DNA of 61,279 nt, the filler included. It is 5 parts of 5 records of this genome, joined end to end, with 100 filler letters (N's around TTAATTAATTAA, not from the genome) between each part and the next. Parts side by side here need not be neighbours in the genome. Positions count along the whole stretch, not along the records: positions 1 to 21,172 come from SRR31156797_5072; 4 more parts are not named here. One strand, given 5' to 3'. Positions 1 through 8,668 of this stretch are shown piece by piece. The translations under genes and the position numbers were made by a program. Every line of letters starts with the position of its first letter. Position 1 is the first letter of the stretch. Below the pieces are notes generated by a model that was not told the origin of the DNA, searched no databases, and saw nothing but the letters and a program-made list of their open reading frames with translations.

Positions 1-309
1 GGTTTTTTCAGCAAATGGTACCTCATCTCCGGCGGATTGCAGGCCGGGCAGTATGGGTTTGTGGCGGCCCTGCTCTTTAGCTCTTTGGTGAACGTCATCC
101 TTTTTTTCAGGGTTATTGAGATCGGTTACTACGGGGATTTTGAGGATCATCACGGCCATGGTTCATCCCCGGAAGCGGTAGTGGAGGCGCCCGCGAGCAT
201 GTTGGTACCGTTGCTCATTGTCTCGGTCGGTCTGATTGTGGTGGGTCTCTATACCGGCGGTATTGTGAACCATCTCATTAATCCCATTTTAATGAAACAC
301 GGCTTCTAG
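1..309 (+). CDS. Mrp-type monovalent cation/H+ antiporter subunit D family protein, 5' partial
   Basis: Frame is open from base 1 (GFFSKWYLISGG...). GFxSKW motif and hydrophobic helices are shared with the next two ORFs. Confidence 0.85.
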   Translation, partial: GFFSKWYLISGGLQAGQYGFVAALLFSSLVNVILFFRVIEIGYYGDFEDHHGHGSSPEAVVEAPASMLVPLLIVSVGLIVVGLYTGGIVNHLINPILMKHGF

Positions 310-318
310 GACTGATTA

Positions 319-1797
319 ATGGAAACCATTCAATCCATAAAACCCCTGATCACGGTTCTGGTCTCCATTGGCGTGGTTCCGCTCCTGCTATGGAGCAAGA
401 AGGCGAATGTTCGGGAAGGGTGGACCTTTGCCGCCGCCATCGTGAAGCTCCTGCTGGTTCTCTCCATGCTCCCCGTGATCTTGAAGGGGAACCAGATTGT
501 CTATACCTTGGCCGAGGTGGTGCCGGGGGCGGCCATCCGGTTCAGGGTGGATGCACTGGGGATGTTGTTTGCCTGTGTGGCGGCCTCCCTCTGGATTGTC
601 ACCAGCGCCTATTCCATCGGTTACATGCGGGGGCTTAAGGAACACAGCCAGACACGGTATTTCATCTTTTTTGCCCTGGCCCTCTCCGCCACCATCGGCG
701 TGGCCTTTTCAGCCAATCTGCTCACCCTTTATCTCTTCTACGAAATGCTCTCCCTGGCAACCTACCCGCTGGTGACCCACCATCAGGACAAAGAAGCGCG
801 GACCTCCGGCCGAAAATATCTGATCTACATTCTGGGGACTTCCATCGGTCTGGTTTTGCCGGCCATGCTGGTCTGTTACCATTTAACCGGCACCCTGGAA
901 TTTGCCGACCAGGGGTTCCTGGCAGGTGCCTGCAACCGGGGTCTTGCGGCGGCCCTCCTGGTTTTTTTCATTTTCGGGTTTGCCAAGGCGGGCGTCATGC
1001 CCTTTCACGGATGGCTGCCGGCCGCCATGGTGGCCCCCACGCCCGTGAGTGCCCTTCTGCATGCGGTGGCCGTTGTGAAAGTGGGGGTTTTCAGCATCGT
1101 TCGCATCATCACCGGGGTCTTCGGCACGGAATTGTTGGGTCAATTCAATCTGGGGGTCATGATCTGCACCATTGCGTCGGTGACCATTATCGTGGCATCC
1201 CTCATCGCCTTAAGCCAGGACAATCTCAAGCGGATGCTGGCCTTTTCCACCATCGGTCAATTGTCTTATATTATCCTGGGGGTGGGCCTCCTCTCCCCCA
1301 AGGGGATCACCGGCGGCATGCTCCATATCGCCATGCACGCCTTTGGGAAAATCACCCTCTTTTTCTGCGCCGGTGCCATATTCGTGGCCACGGGAAAGCG
1401 GAACATCAGCGAGATGGTGGGTATCGGCCGGCGGATGCCCTGGACCATGGGGGCTTTTTTTGTGGGTTCTTTGAGCATCATAGGCCTTCCGCCCACCGGC
1501 GGTTTTTTGAGCAAATGGTACCTGGTGCTGGGGACCCTTGAAGCCGACCAGATGACATTTCTGTTCGTGCTGCTCGGAAGCTCCCTGCTCAATGCCGCTT
1601 ATTTCATGCCGGTGGTCTATCGGGCCTTTTTTCCGCCGCCCGAAAAGGCCATGTTTGAAAACAGGGTCCAAGAAGCACCTGTTTTCTGTGCCGCCCCTCC
1701 GGTGATAACGGCCTTTATCTCGGTGGTTTTGTTCTTTTATCCCGAGCCCTTTTTCAGGCTGGCCGGTATGGCGGTCCGGTTTATGGGGGGGAATTAG
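319..1797 (+). CDS. Mrp-type cation/H+ antiporter subunit D family (proton-conducting membrane subunit)
   Basis: 492 aa polytopic protein with FYEMLS, AKAGxxPFHGWLP-AM-APTPVSALLH, STIGQLSY and GFLSKW motifs of the MrpA/MrpD/NuoL-N family. Confidence 0.92.
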   Translation: METIQSIKPLITVLVSIGVVPLLLWSKKANVREGWTFAAAIVKLLLVLSMLPVILKGNQIVYTLAEVVPGAAIRFRVDALGMLFACVAASLWIVTSAYSIGYMRGLKEHSQTRYFIFFALALSATIGVAFSANLLTLYLFYEMLSLATYPLVTHHQDKEARTSGRKYLIYILGTSIGLVLPAMLVCYHLTGTLEFADQGFLAGACNRGLAAALLVFFIFGFAKAGVMPFHGWLPAAMVAPTPVSALLHAVAVVKVGVFSIVRIITGVFGTELLGQFNLGVMICTIASVTIIVASLIALSQDNLKRMLAFSTIGQLSYIILGVGLLSPKGITGGMLHIAMHAFGKITLFFCAGAIFVATGKRNISEMVGIGRRMPWTMGAFFVGSLSIIGLPPTGGFLSKWYLVLGTLEADQMTFLFVLLGSSLLNAAYFMPVVYRAFFPPPEKAMFENRVQEAPVFCAAPPVITAFISVVLFFYPEPFFRLAGMAVRFMGGN

Positions 1798-1808
1798 GAG
1801 TCAATAAA

Positions 1809-1940
1809 ATGACCGAAGAGAATAAAGAGATCATGGAACTGGGCCATGAACCGGTGCCGGGATACAGGGGTGCTTTTTACATTTCCATCACGGTGGGTTC
1901 CCTTTATCTGGCGCTGATCCTTTTTAATACCCTATTTTGA
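1809..1940 (+). CDS. small membrane protein (43 aa) inside the Mrp operon, absent from the ORF track
   Basis: AGGAG at 1796-1800, then MTEENKEIMELGHEPVPGYRGAFYISITVGSLYLALILFNTLF*. One C-terminal TM helix. Confidence 0.7.
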   Translation: MTEENKEIMELGHEPVPGYRGAFYISITVGSLYLALILFNTLF

Positions 1941-1979
1941 ATTTTGGATTACGAAATTCATTTAAGCTGGAGAAAGACC

Positions 1980-2261
1980 ATGAAAGAGCCCCACGGGGAA
2001 TCCGGTAACAAAGATAACCCCGAAAAAAAGTATCTATTTGACGACCCCAAAAACGTCAAAATTCTGTTGGGCTGTTTTTACGCTTCTCTTGTGGTGTTGC
2101 TGCTCATCGAATTTTTGATTCACAAACACCCCCATTTCGGCTGGGAAGCCTGGCCCGAATTCTACGCCGTTTACGGTTTTGTGGCCTGCGTGGTTCTGGT
2201 GATTGTGGCCAAATACTTTCTGCGGCCCCTGGTCAAAAGAGACGAGGACTACTATGACTGA
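1980..2261 (+). CDS. small two-TM membrane protein of the Mrp operon
   Basis: GGAG before ATG 1980. Two hydrophobic helices and C-terminal RPLVKRDEDYYD. Stop overlaps the next start. Confidence 0.8.
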   Translation: MKEPHGESGNKDNPEKKYLFDDPKNVKILLGCFYASLVVLLLIEFLIHKHPHFGWEAWPEFYAVYGFVACVVLVIVAKYFLRPLVKRDEDYYD

Positions 2262-4026
2262 TGCGGTTCCTCCGGTACTTATCTTCGTTGCGGGTGCATT
2301 GTTGCTCCCCGTAATACCTGGACGTTTCAAAAGCGCCTGGATGCTGCTGATACCCGTGATCGGTTTTTTGAACCTGATGTACCTGGGTGAGGGGACCCAT
2401 TTCAGAATCGATTTTCTGGATTACCGACTGGTCCTGGGAAGGGTGGACAAGCTCAGCCTCCTGTTCGCCTATATCTTTCACCTCATCAGTTTTATCGCCA
2501 TCCTTTATGCGCTCCATGTGAAAGACCGCCTTCAGCAGATGATGGGCCTCCTTTATGCCGGAAGCGCCCTGGGGGCCATTTTTGCCGGTGATCTTTTCAG
2601 CTTTTTCATTTTCTGGGAGATGCTCACCGTATGCTCCATTTTCCTCATCTGGGCACGGCGCACGGAAGCGGCCCTGGGTGCCGGTTTCCGGTACCTGCTG
2701 GTTCATGCGGCAGGCGGCCTGTGCCTGCTGGCGGGCATTGTGATCCATGTGAATCAGACCGGTTCCATACAATTCGATTACATGGGGTTGAACGGACCGG
2801 GGAGTTATTTCATCTTTCTGGGATTGGGCCTCAACTGCGCCTGGCCTATCCTTCACCCGTGGCTCACGGACAGCTATCCGGAGGCCACCATCACCGGTAC
2901 CATCTTTCTGAGCGCCTTTACCACCAAGGTGGCGGTGTATGCCCTGGCTCGGGGTTTTCCCGGTACCGAGGTCCTCATCTGGATCGGGGCCGTTATGACG
3001 GGGTTCCCCATCTTCTATGCGGTCATTGAAAACGATCTAAGGCGGGTCTTAGCCTACAGTCTGGTGAACCAGGTGGGGTTCATGGTGTGCGGTATCGGCA
3101 TCGGTACGGCGCTTTCCATCAACGGTGCCGTGTGCCATGCCTTTAACGACATCCTGTTCAAAGGGCTCCTGTTCATGAGCATGGGTGCGGTCATGTACCG
3201 GACGGGAAAAATCAACGGAACGGATCTGGGCGGATTGTACCGGACCATGCCCTTGACCTGTATATTCTGTATGGTGGGTGCCGCCTCCATATCCGCATTT
3301 CCGCTTTTCAGCGGTTTTGTGAGCAAGTCCATGGTGATGGACGCCGCCGCCGGCGGGCACATGCGGATTATCTGGTTTATTCTGCTCTTTGCCTCGGCCG
3401 GTGTGTTTCACCATGCGGGTATCAAGATCCCCTATTTTGCCTTTTTTTCCCACGATTCGGGCATGCGGCCCAAGGAAGCACCCATCCACATGCTCCTGGC
3501 CATGGGGATTGCGGCCTTTCTTTGTATTTTCATCGGGGTTTATCCCGCCCCCCTCTATGCACTGCTTCCCTATCCAGTGGATTATGTGCCTTACACGGCG
3601 CCCCATGTGGTGGGACAGACCCAGCTTCTCTTTTTCTCGGCACTGGCGTTTACGCTGCTGTTGCGGGCCGGTATTTATCCGGCTGAAATCCGGTGCGTCA
3701 ACCTGGATGCGGATTGGTTTTACCGGAAGGGGGGAAAAGTCTTTTTCCTCTTTTTCGACCGGGTCCTGAACGGGTTGAACCGGTTTTGCGACCGTTTTTT
3801 TGTGAAAGGGATTGCCGGCACCCTTGCCGCCCTCTTTAAAGACATCTCCGCACGCTTGTCGTTGATCGTAATGGTGAGCATATGGCTTCTCATGGGGCTC
3901 AGGGGGGAACGGTTAAAGATGAAAAAAACGGATCTCTATGCGGATATGATGGGCGGAACCGTGCCCATCGGGATCGGCGCCGGTGTGTCAACCTTGTTCC
4001 TCGTGTTAATTTTTGTTTTTACGTAA
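2254..4026 (+). CDS. Na+/H+ antiporter subunit D-like (Mrp) protein
   Basis: Start MTDAVPP overlaps the upstream stop. FWEMLT, LHPWLTDSYPEAT, SAFTTK and GFVSKS motifs. Confidence 0.9.
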   Translation: MTDAVPPVLIFVAGALLLPVIPGRFKSAWMLLIPVIGFLNLMYLGEGTHFRIDFLDYRLVLGRVDKLSLLFAYIFHLISFIAILYALHVKDRLQQMMGLLYAGSALGAIFAGDLFSFFIFWEMLTVCSIFLIWARRTEAALGAGFRYLLVHAAGGLCLLAGIVIHVNQTGSIQFDYMGLNGPGSYFIFLGLGLNCAWPILHPWLTDSYPEATITGTIFLSAFTTKVAVYALARGFPGTEVLIWIGAVMTGFPIFYAVIENDLRRVLAYSLVNQVGFMVCGIGIGTALSINGAVCHAFNDILFKGLLFMSMGAVMYRTGKINGTDLGGLYRTMPLTCIFCMVGAASISAFPLFSGFVSKSMVMDAAAGGHMRIIWFILLFASAGVFHHAGIKIPYFAFFSHDSGMRPKEAPIHMLLAMGIAAFLCIFIGVYPAPLYALLPYPVDYVPYTAPHVVGQTQLLFFSALAFTLLLRAGIYPAEIRCVNLDADWFYRKGGKVFFLFFDRVLNGLNRFCDRFFVKGIAGTLAALFKDISARLSLIVMVSIWLLMGLRGERLKMKKTDLYADMMGGTVPIGIGAGVSTLFLVLIFVFT

Positions 4027-4060
4027 GGGTTGAGGCCCTAGAATGAAGTGGAGACCCTAA

Positions 4061-5596
4061 ATGATTGCGTTTGATGATTTGAGGAAGATTCTGCTGCTGG
4101 AAAACGTGAGCGATTCCATGTTGGGAAAAATGATCCCGTCATTGCAGATGCGCGTCTTTGGTGAACGGGGTATTGTATTTCAACAGGGAGATGAGGCGGA
4201 TCTGTTTTACATGCTGAAAGAGGGGAAAGTGCTTCTGGAAGTGGACGCTTCCGAGGAGATCAGTGTTTCCATCGGCGCCATGAAGGCGGGTTTTTCTTTC
4301 GGCTGGTCGGCTTTGTTTCCCGGTGCCAGTTATACCTCCACCGCCGTCTGCGTGGAACCCACCGAGGTCATCGCCATTCCGGGAAGGGATTTTATCCGGC
4401 TCATGGATGAGGAGCAGAATAATGGATACGGTATCCTGTGGAAAATCACGGCCATACTCCGTCGCCGCCTGGGACGTCGCACCGGCCAGTTTTTGAGGGC
4501 CATTGAGCAACACCCCGATATTCAGAAGATTTTTCAAGCCGATTTTGAAGGGCCCCACGAGTTTTTTGACAACATCTTCTTAAATTCGCCCATCGGCATT
4601 TTTATTATTCAAGACGGTAAATTTGTTTTTGCAAATCCCGAGTTCCAGAAAATATCAGGTTACACCGAATCTGAGATTACCAACATGAATTCGCTGAAAA
4701 TCGTGCACCGGGATGATAAAGAGCTCGTCCGGGAGAATGCCGTCAAGATGCTGAAGGGTCAACTTGCGAGTCCCTATGAACATCGGATTTTAACGAAGCA
4801 GAATGAGATTCGGTGGATCATCGAGACCGTAATATCCATCAACTACGAGGGCCGTAAAGCGGTCCTGGGTTATTTTATGGATAATACCAACTGTGTGCAC
4901 ACCCAGGAAGCGCTCAGCATTTCAGAGGACAAGTTTCAAAAAGCCTTTCGCTCCAGCCCCGACTGGTTCGTCATCTCCACGCTGGAAGGTTTTTACGTGG
5001 ACGTGAACGAAGCCTTCCTGCGGACCACCGGTTATACCAGCGAGGAGATTGTGGGTCGGAGTTCGGTTGATGTGGGTATCTGGGTCGATCCCCGGAAACG
5101 GGCCGAGATGGTGAAAATACTCAGCGAAAAGGGCGTTGTTCGCAATATGGAAGTGGAGTTCCGCATGAAATCCGGGGAAATCCGGCAGATGCTCTGGTCC
5201 GCTGAGGCCATCGATTACGGAGATGAAAAGTGCCTCATAGCGGCCACCCGCGACATCACGGACCGGAACCGCGCCCAGGAGGAACAGCTGGGTCGGGAAA
5301 AACTGGAAGGGGTCCTTGAGATCGCCGGGGCCACATGCCATGAAATTAATCAACCGCTGCAGTACATGTACCTGGTTCTCAATGAAGCCCTGAAGAAGGA
5401 TCCCCACAGCAAAAGCCTGTCTGAAATCAAGAAGCAGTGCGATCGCATCAAGGAGATCACCCAGAAAATGGAGACCATCACCGTTTGTGAATCCACCGAT
5501 TACGTTGGCGGCCAGAAGATGGTGGATATCTATCAGTCCGCCGGAAACGGTGCGTGCGGGCTGTCGGAAGAGGCAAAAGAGAGGCGGGACGGATAA
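4061..5596 (+). CDS. cNMP-binding domain + two PAS domains + HisKA-like phosphoacceptor, no HATPase domain
   Basis: N-terminal Crp-like fold (VFQQGDEAD..FGWSAL), two PAS repeats (NPEFQKISGY; NEAFLRTTGY), H-box ATCHEINQPL. The protein ends without N/G boxes. Confidence 0.85.
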   Translation: MIAFDDLRKILLLENVSDSMLGKMIPSLQMRVFGERGIVFQQGDEADLFYMLKEGKVLLEVDASEEISVSIGAMKAGFSFGWSALFPGASYTSTAVCVEPTEVIAIPGRDFIRLMDEEQNNGYGILWKITAILRRRLGRRTGQFLRAIEQHPDIQKIFQADFEGPHEFFDNIFLNSPIGIFIIQDGKFVFANPEFQKISGYTESEITNMNSLKIVHRDDKELVRENAVKMLKGQLASPYEHRILTKQNEIRWIIETVISINYEGRKAVLGYFMDNTNCVHTQEALSISEDKFQKAFRSSPDWFVISTLEGFYVDVNEAFLRTTGYTSEEIVGRSSVDVGIWVDPRKRAEMVKILSEKGVVRNMEVEFRMKSGEIRQMLWSAEAIDYGDEKCLIAATRDITDRNRAQEEQLGREKLEGVLEIAGATCHEINQPLQYMYLVLNEALKKDPHSKSLSEIKKQCDRIKEITQKMETITVCESTDYVGGQKMVDIYQSAGNGACGLSEEAKERRDG

Positions 5597-5732
5597 TCTT
5601 TCTCCCATACATGGGGAACGGTATGCCCATGAAACAACTTTACATATTGAAATGAATAGGGTAATAGCCCTTTAAAATCACACAATGTTCAATAGGCATA
5701 ATGAGTAATGCAATTCACTCTGTTAGAGAGCA

Positions 5733-7364
5733 TTGGCCATGACCCTCTTCAAAAGGGCCGGAAAAATTCTCTTTTTTCCGCTGTTTCTACTCCTTGCATC
5801 GGCGTATCTTTTCACCACATCAACCCTTGTCTATTCTGAACCTCGGAAAACCCCAGAATCAACCATCCGGGAACCCCGGGCGGGGTTGGGTCTCATGCAG
5901 GCGGTCCAGGTAACACTCTACAAACAGCCCGAAGTTCTGATTCAGCGGCAGGTGGTGGAGAGTTCTCGCGGCAACCTCCGGATGGAAGCGGGCATGTTTG
6001 ATCCGAGCCTGACCTCTTCGTTTCTCTATCAGACCAACGAGTATGCCCCCACCTACTGGCAGCAGCAGCTGTACGGAATCGGCGACCGGAGCTATTCCAC
6101 CACCGGATCTTCCATCGCTTTAGAGACCAAGTCCCGTTATGGGTTCAGTTTCGGCCCCAGCGTGGGCATTACCCGCAGTCATGGCATCACCGATTATCTG
6201 ATGCCCACCAGTTACAACCAGGCCATTGTTGCATTTTCCGTCAATGTTCCCTTGCTCAAGGGGATGGGAAAGGAGGCGGCCGATGCCCATGAAATGGCCG
6301 CCATGGAAGAGCTGGAAGCCAGCACCCTGGACCTTCAACAGACCATTTCCCGGAGCGTCATGAATACCACGCAGGCCTACTGGAATTATCTCAAGGCACT
6401 CCGGCAGTTTGAGGTCTTCCGGGAAATGGAATCGGATGCCGCAGAGACCCTCCAAGCCATAAAACACCTGGTTCAGGGGGATGAACGGCCGGCATCCGAT
6501 CTGGATCCCTTCGAGGCCAATCTGGCCCAGAAGACATCCCAGCGCATCAATGCGGGGCAAACGCTTTTCGAGGCCAAGCAGAATTTGGGGCTGGCCATGG
6601 GTCTGGCCTACGGCGCCATTGACAATCTGCCCCTTCCCGCGGATGTTTTTCCCGACACTGCATCGATGGGGCTTGCTTCCAACAACATGAATCCCGACGC
6701 CCTCTTTCAGGAGGCCCTTCGGAAGAGGCCGGATTATCGGGCGCTCAAGAAACGGGAAAACGCCGCCAAAATTCTTCTGACAGCCGCCAGAAACAATGTT
6801 CTTCCCCAACTGGACATCAATGCGGGGGTGGGATACGCGGGGCTTGAAAACGGCGGCGAGGTGAGCGATTATGTAAGATCCCTGGGAAAAAACGTCACGG
6901 GGGCCAACTACCAGGCGGGCATCCAGTTTAGATACCCTTTTGGAAACAACGAGGCGGAAGGGTTGGTGGTTCAACGCAGATCTGATCTGCAAAAGGTGGT
7001 GATAAGGACCCGGGATCTTGCGCGAAAGATCAATTCCGGCATATTGGTGGCGGTGCAGGCCCTGTGGCGAACCATCCGGGAACTGAAGGAAACCCGCAAT
7101 TCCATCGCCCACTACAAAAAGGCCGTATCCAGCGAAGAGATTAAATTCAGCATGGGAATGGCCTCGGTGATGGATGTCATCAACATGCAGGACAGGCTTC
7201 GGGATGTCCGGTTGAGCGAGGTGGCCCAGATGAACCGGTTCGCGGACGCCGTGGTGCAATTGGGTTTCGAGACGGGAACCCTTGTGATGGCCCAAGGGGA
7301 CACTTACCGGATCGAATTGAAAAATCTGACTTCGCCATGGTCCGCAAAGGAGCCCCGTCAATGA
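5733..7364 (+). CDS. TolC-family outer membrane efflux protein
   Basis: Signal peptide and OEP-type repeats (AYWNY.., LPQLDINAG, ALRKRPDY). First gene of a type I secretion operon. Start may be ATG 5739. Confidence 0.9.
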   Translation: MAMTLFKRAGKILFFPLFLLLASAYLFTTSTLVYSEPRKTPESTIREPRAGLGLMQAVQVTLYKQPEVLIQRQVVESSRGNLRMEAGMFDPSLTSSFLYQTNEYAPTYWQQQLYGIGDRSYSTTGSSIALETKSRYGFSFGPSVGITRSHGITDYLMPTSYNQAIVAFSVNVPLLKGMGKEAADAHEMAAMEELEASTLDLQQTISRSVMNTTQAYWNYLKALRQFEVFREMESDAAETLQAIKHLVQGDERPASDLDPFEANLAQKTSQRINAGQTLFEAKQNLGLAMGLAYGAIDNLPLPADVFPDTASMGLASNNMNPDALFQEALRKRPDYRALKKRENAAKILLTAARNNVLPQLDINAGVGYAGLENGGEVSDYVRSLGKNVTGANYQAGIQFRYPFGNNEAEGLVVQRRSDLQKVVIRTRDLARKINSGILVAVQALWRTIRELKETRNSIAHYKKAVSSEEIKFSMGMASVMDVINMQDRLRDVRLSEVAQMNRFADAVVQLGFETGTLVMAQGDTYRIELKNLTSPWSAKEPRQ

Positions 7365-8665
7365 CCCAAAAGAAAGCCGGCAGCCGTCTGTTTCGGAAGG
7401 TGGCTCTGGAACACCTCTCCCTGCCCGAACAACTGGACCAGTTGATGCGGATCACGAGCCCCGCGGGCTGGGTGGCCCTATTGGCCATAGGCCTTCTTCT
7501 GGCCTGCGGGATCCTTTGGGGGATCTGGGGCTCCATCCCCACAAAGGTCGAGGGTTCCGGAATCCTCATGGGCCGCGGCGGGATCTTCTCCATTTCGGCC
7601 AGGGCGCCGGGAAGCGTCCAGGCCATCCGCCTGGATGAAGGGGATGAAGTGGAAGCGGGACAGACGGTTGTGGTCATCGGGCAACCGGACATTCGTGATA
7701 ATATTTTGGCCGCTCAAAATGAAGTGCGCGACCTGAATGCCCAGTATGAGCAGCACCGTGCATTCGGCAAAAAAGAAATGGCCCTTGAGGAACGCTCCAT
7801 TATTGAACAGCGTACCAATCTGCTTCACACCAATGAAAGCCTGAAAGCCCAGCTGAAACTGCTCAAAAAGCGTTTGAAGGACCAGGAACGCCTGGTGGAA
7901 CTGGGGCTGATTACACGGATGAAGGTATTGGATACCCGGATTGAAATCGACAACCGAACCGAAAAAATCAGACAGAACAAAAACCAGATCAAGCAGCTTT
8001 TGATCCAAAAACTTCAGACCAAGAACCGCATCCAGGAGGAACTTCTGGATCTCAAAGGCCGGATTCAGATGGCCCAAGATGAACTTCAAGGCCTGGAGAA
8101 CAGCCTGCAGATGGATTCCAAGGCCATCAGCGTATTCACCGGCAGGGTCATCAGCGTGGATGTGGCCCTGGGCGATGTGGTGCAGACCGGATCACGGCTC
8201 ATGACCATCGAGAAGACCGGGCGATATTCGAGGTTTCTGCAGGCGATTCTGTATGTTCCGGCAAACCAGGGCAAAAAGATCCGTAGCGGAATGCGGGTTC
8301 ATGTGTCCCCCTCCACGGTGAAAAAGGACCGGTACGGTTCCATCATGGGATTGGCAACCTACGTCTCCGCCTTTCCCGCCAACCCGGAAGCCATGAAACG
8401 GGTCCTTCTAAACGAAAAAATGGTGGAGGAACTGACCAAAAACGGCCCGCCCATCGAGGTCAGGGTGGCCCTGGTGCCTGATTCACGGACCCAGAGCTGG
8501 TACAAATGGACATCCTCCGACGGTCCCCCCGTCTCCATTCATGCGGGAACCATGTGTACGGCAACGGCCATCGTGAAACGTCAGCCGCCCGTTCAACTGG
8601 TCATTCCCCTCATGAAAAAATATCTTTTGGGTGCCGGTGAGGACCCCATGCCGTGGGGAGAGTAG
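7361..8665 (+). CDS. NHLP bacteriocin system secretion protein (HlyD-family membrane fusion protein)
   Basis: LFRKVALEHLSLPEQLDQL..ITSP N-terminus and YKWTSSDGPP C-terminus typical of NHLP-system HlyD proteins. ATGA overlap with the TolC stop. Confidence 0.93.
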   Translation: MTQKKAGSRLFRKVALEHLSLPEQLDQLMRITSPAGWVALLAIGLLLACGILWGIWGSIPTKVEGSGILMGRGGIFSISARAPGSVQAIRLDEGDEVEAGQTVVVIGQPDIRDNILAAQNEVRDLNAQYEQHRAFGKKEMALEERSIIEQRTNLLHTNESLKAQLKLLKKRLKDQERLVELGLITRMKVLDTRIEIDNRTEKIRQNKNQIKQLLIQKLQTKNRIQEELLDLKGRIQMAQDELQGLENSLQMDSKAISVFTGRVISVDVALGDVVQTGSRLMTIEKTGRYSRFLQAILYVPANQGKKIRSGMRVHVSPSTVKKDRYGSIMGLATYVSAFPANPEAMKRVLLNEKMVEELTKNGPPIEVRVALVPDSRTQSWYKWTSSDGPPVSIHAGTMCTATAIVKRQPPVQLVIPLMKKYLLGAGEDPMPWGE

Positions 8666-8668
8666 CCC

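Noticed and set aside
6120-7361. Long antisense ORFs (e.g. 413 aa here, 28823-30046, 33090-34226, 39815-41257)
   Set aside because: They are shadows of well-supported genes on the opposite strand and carry no motifs.
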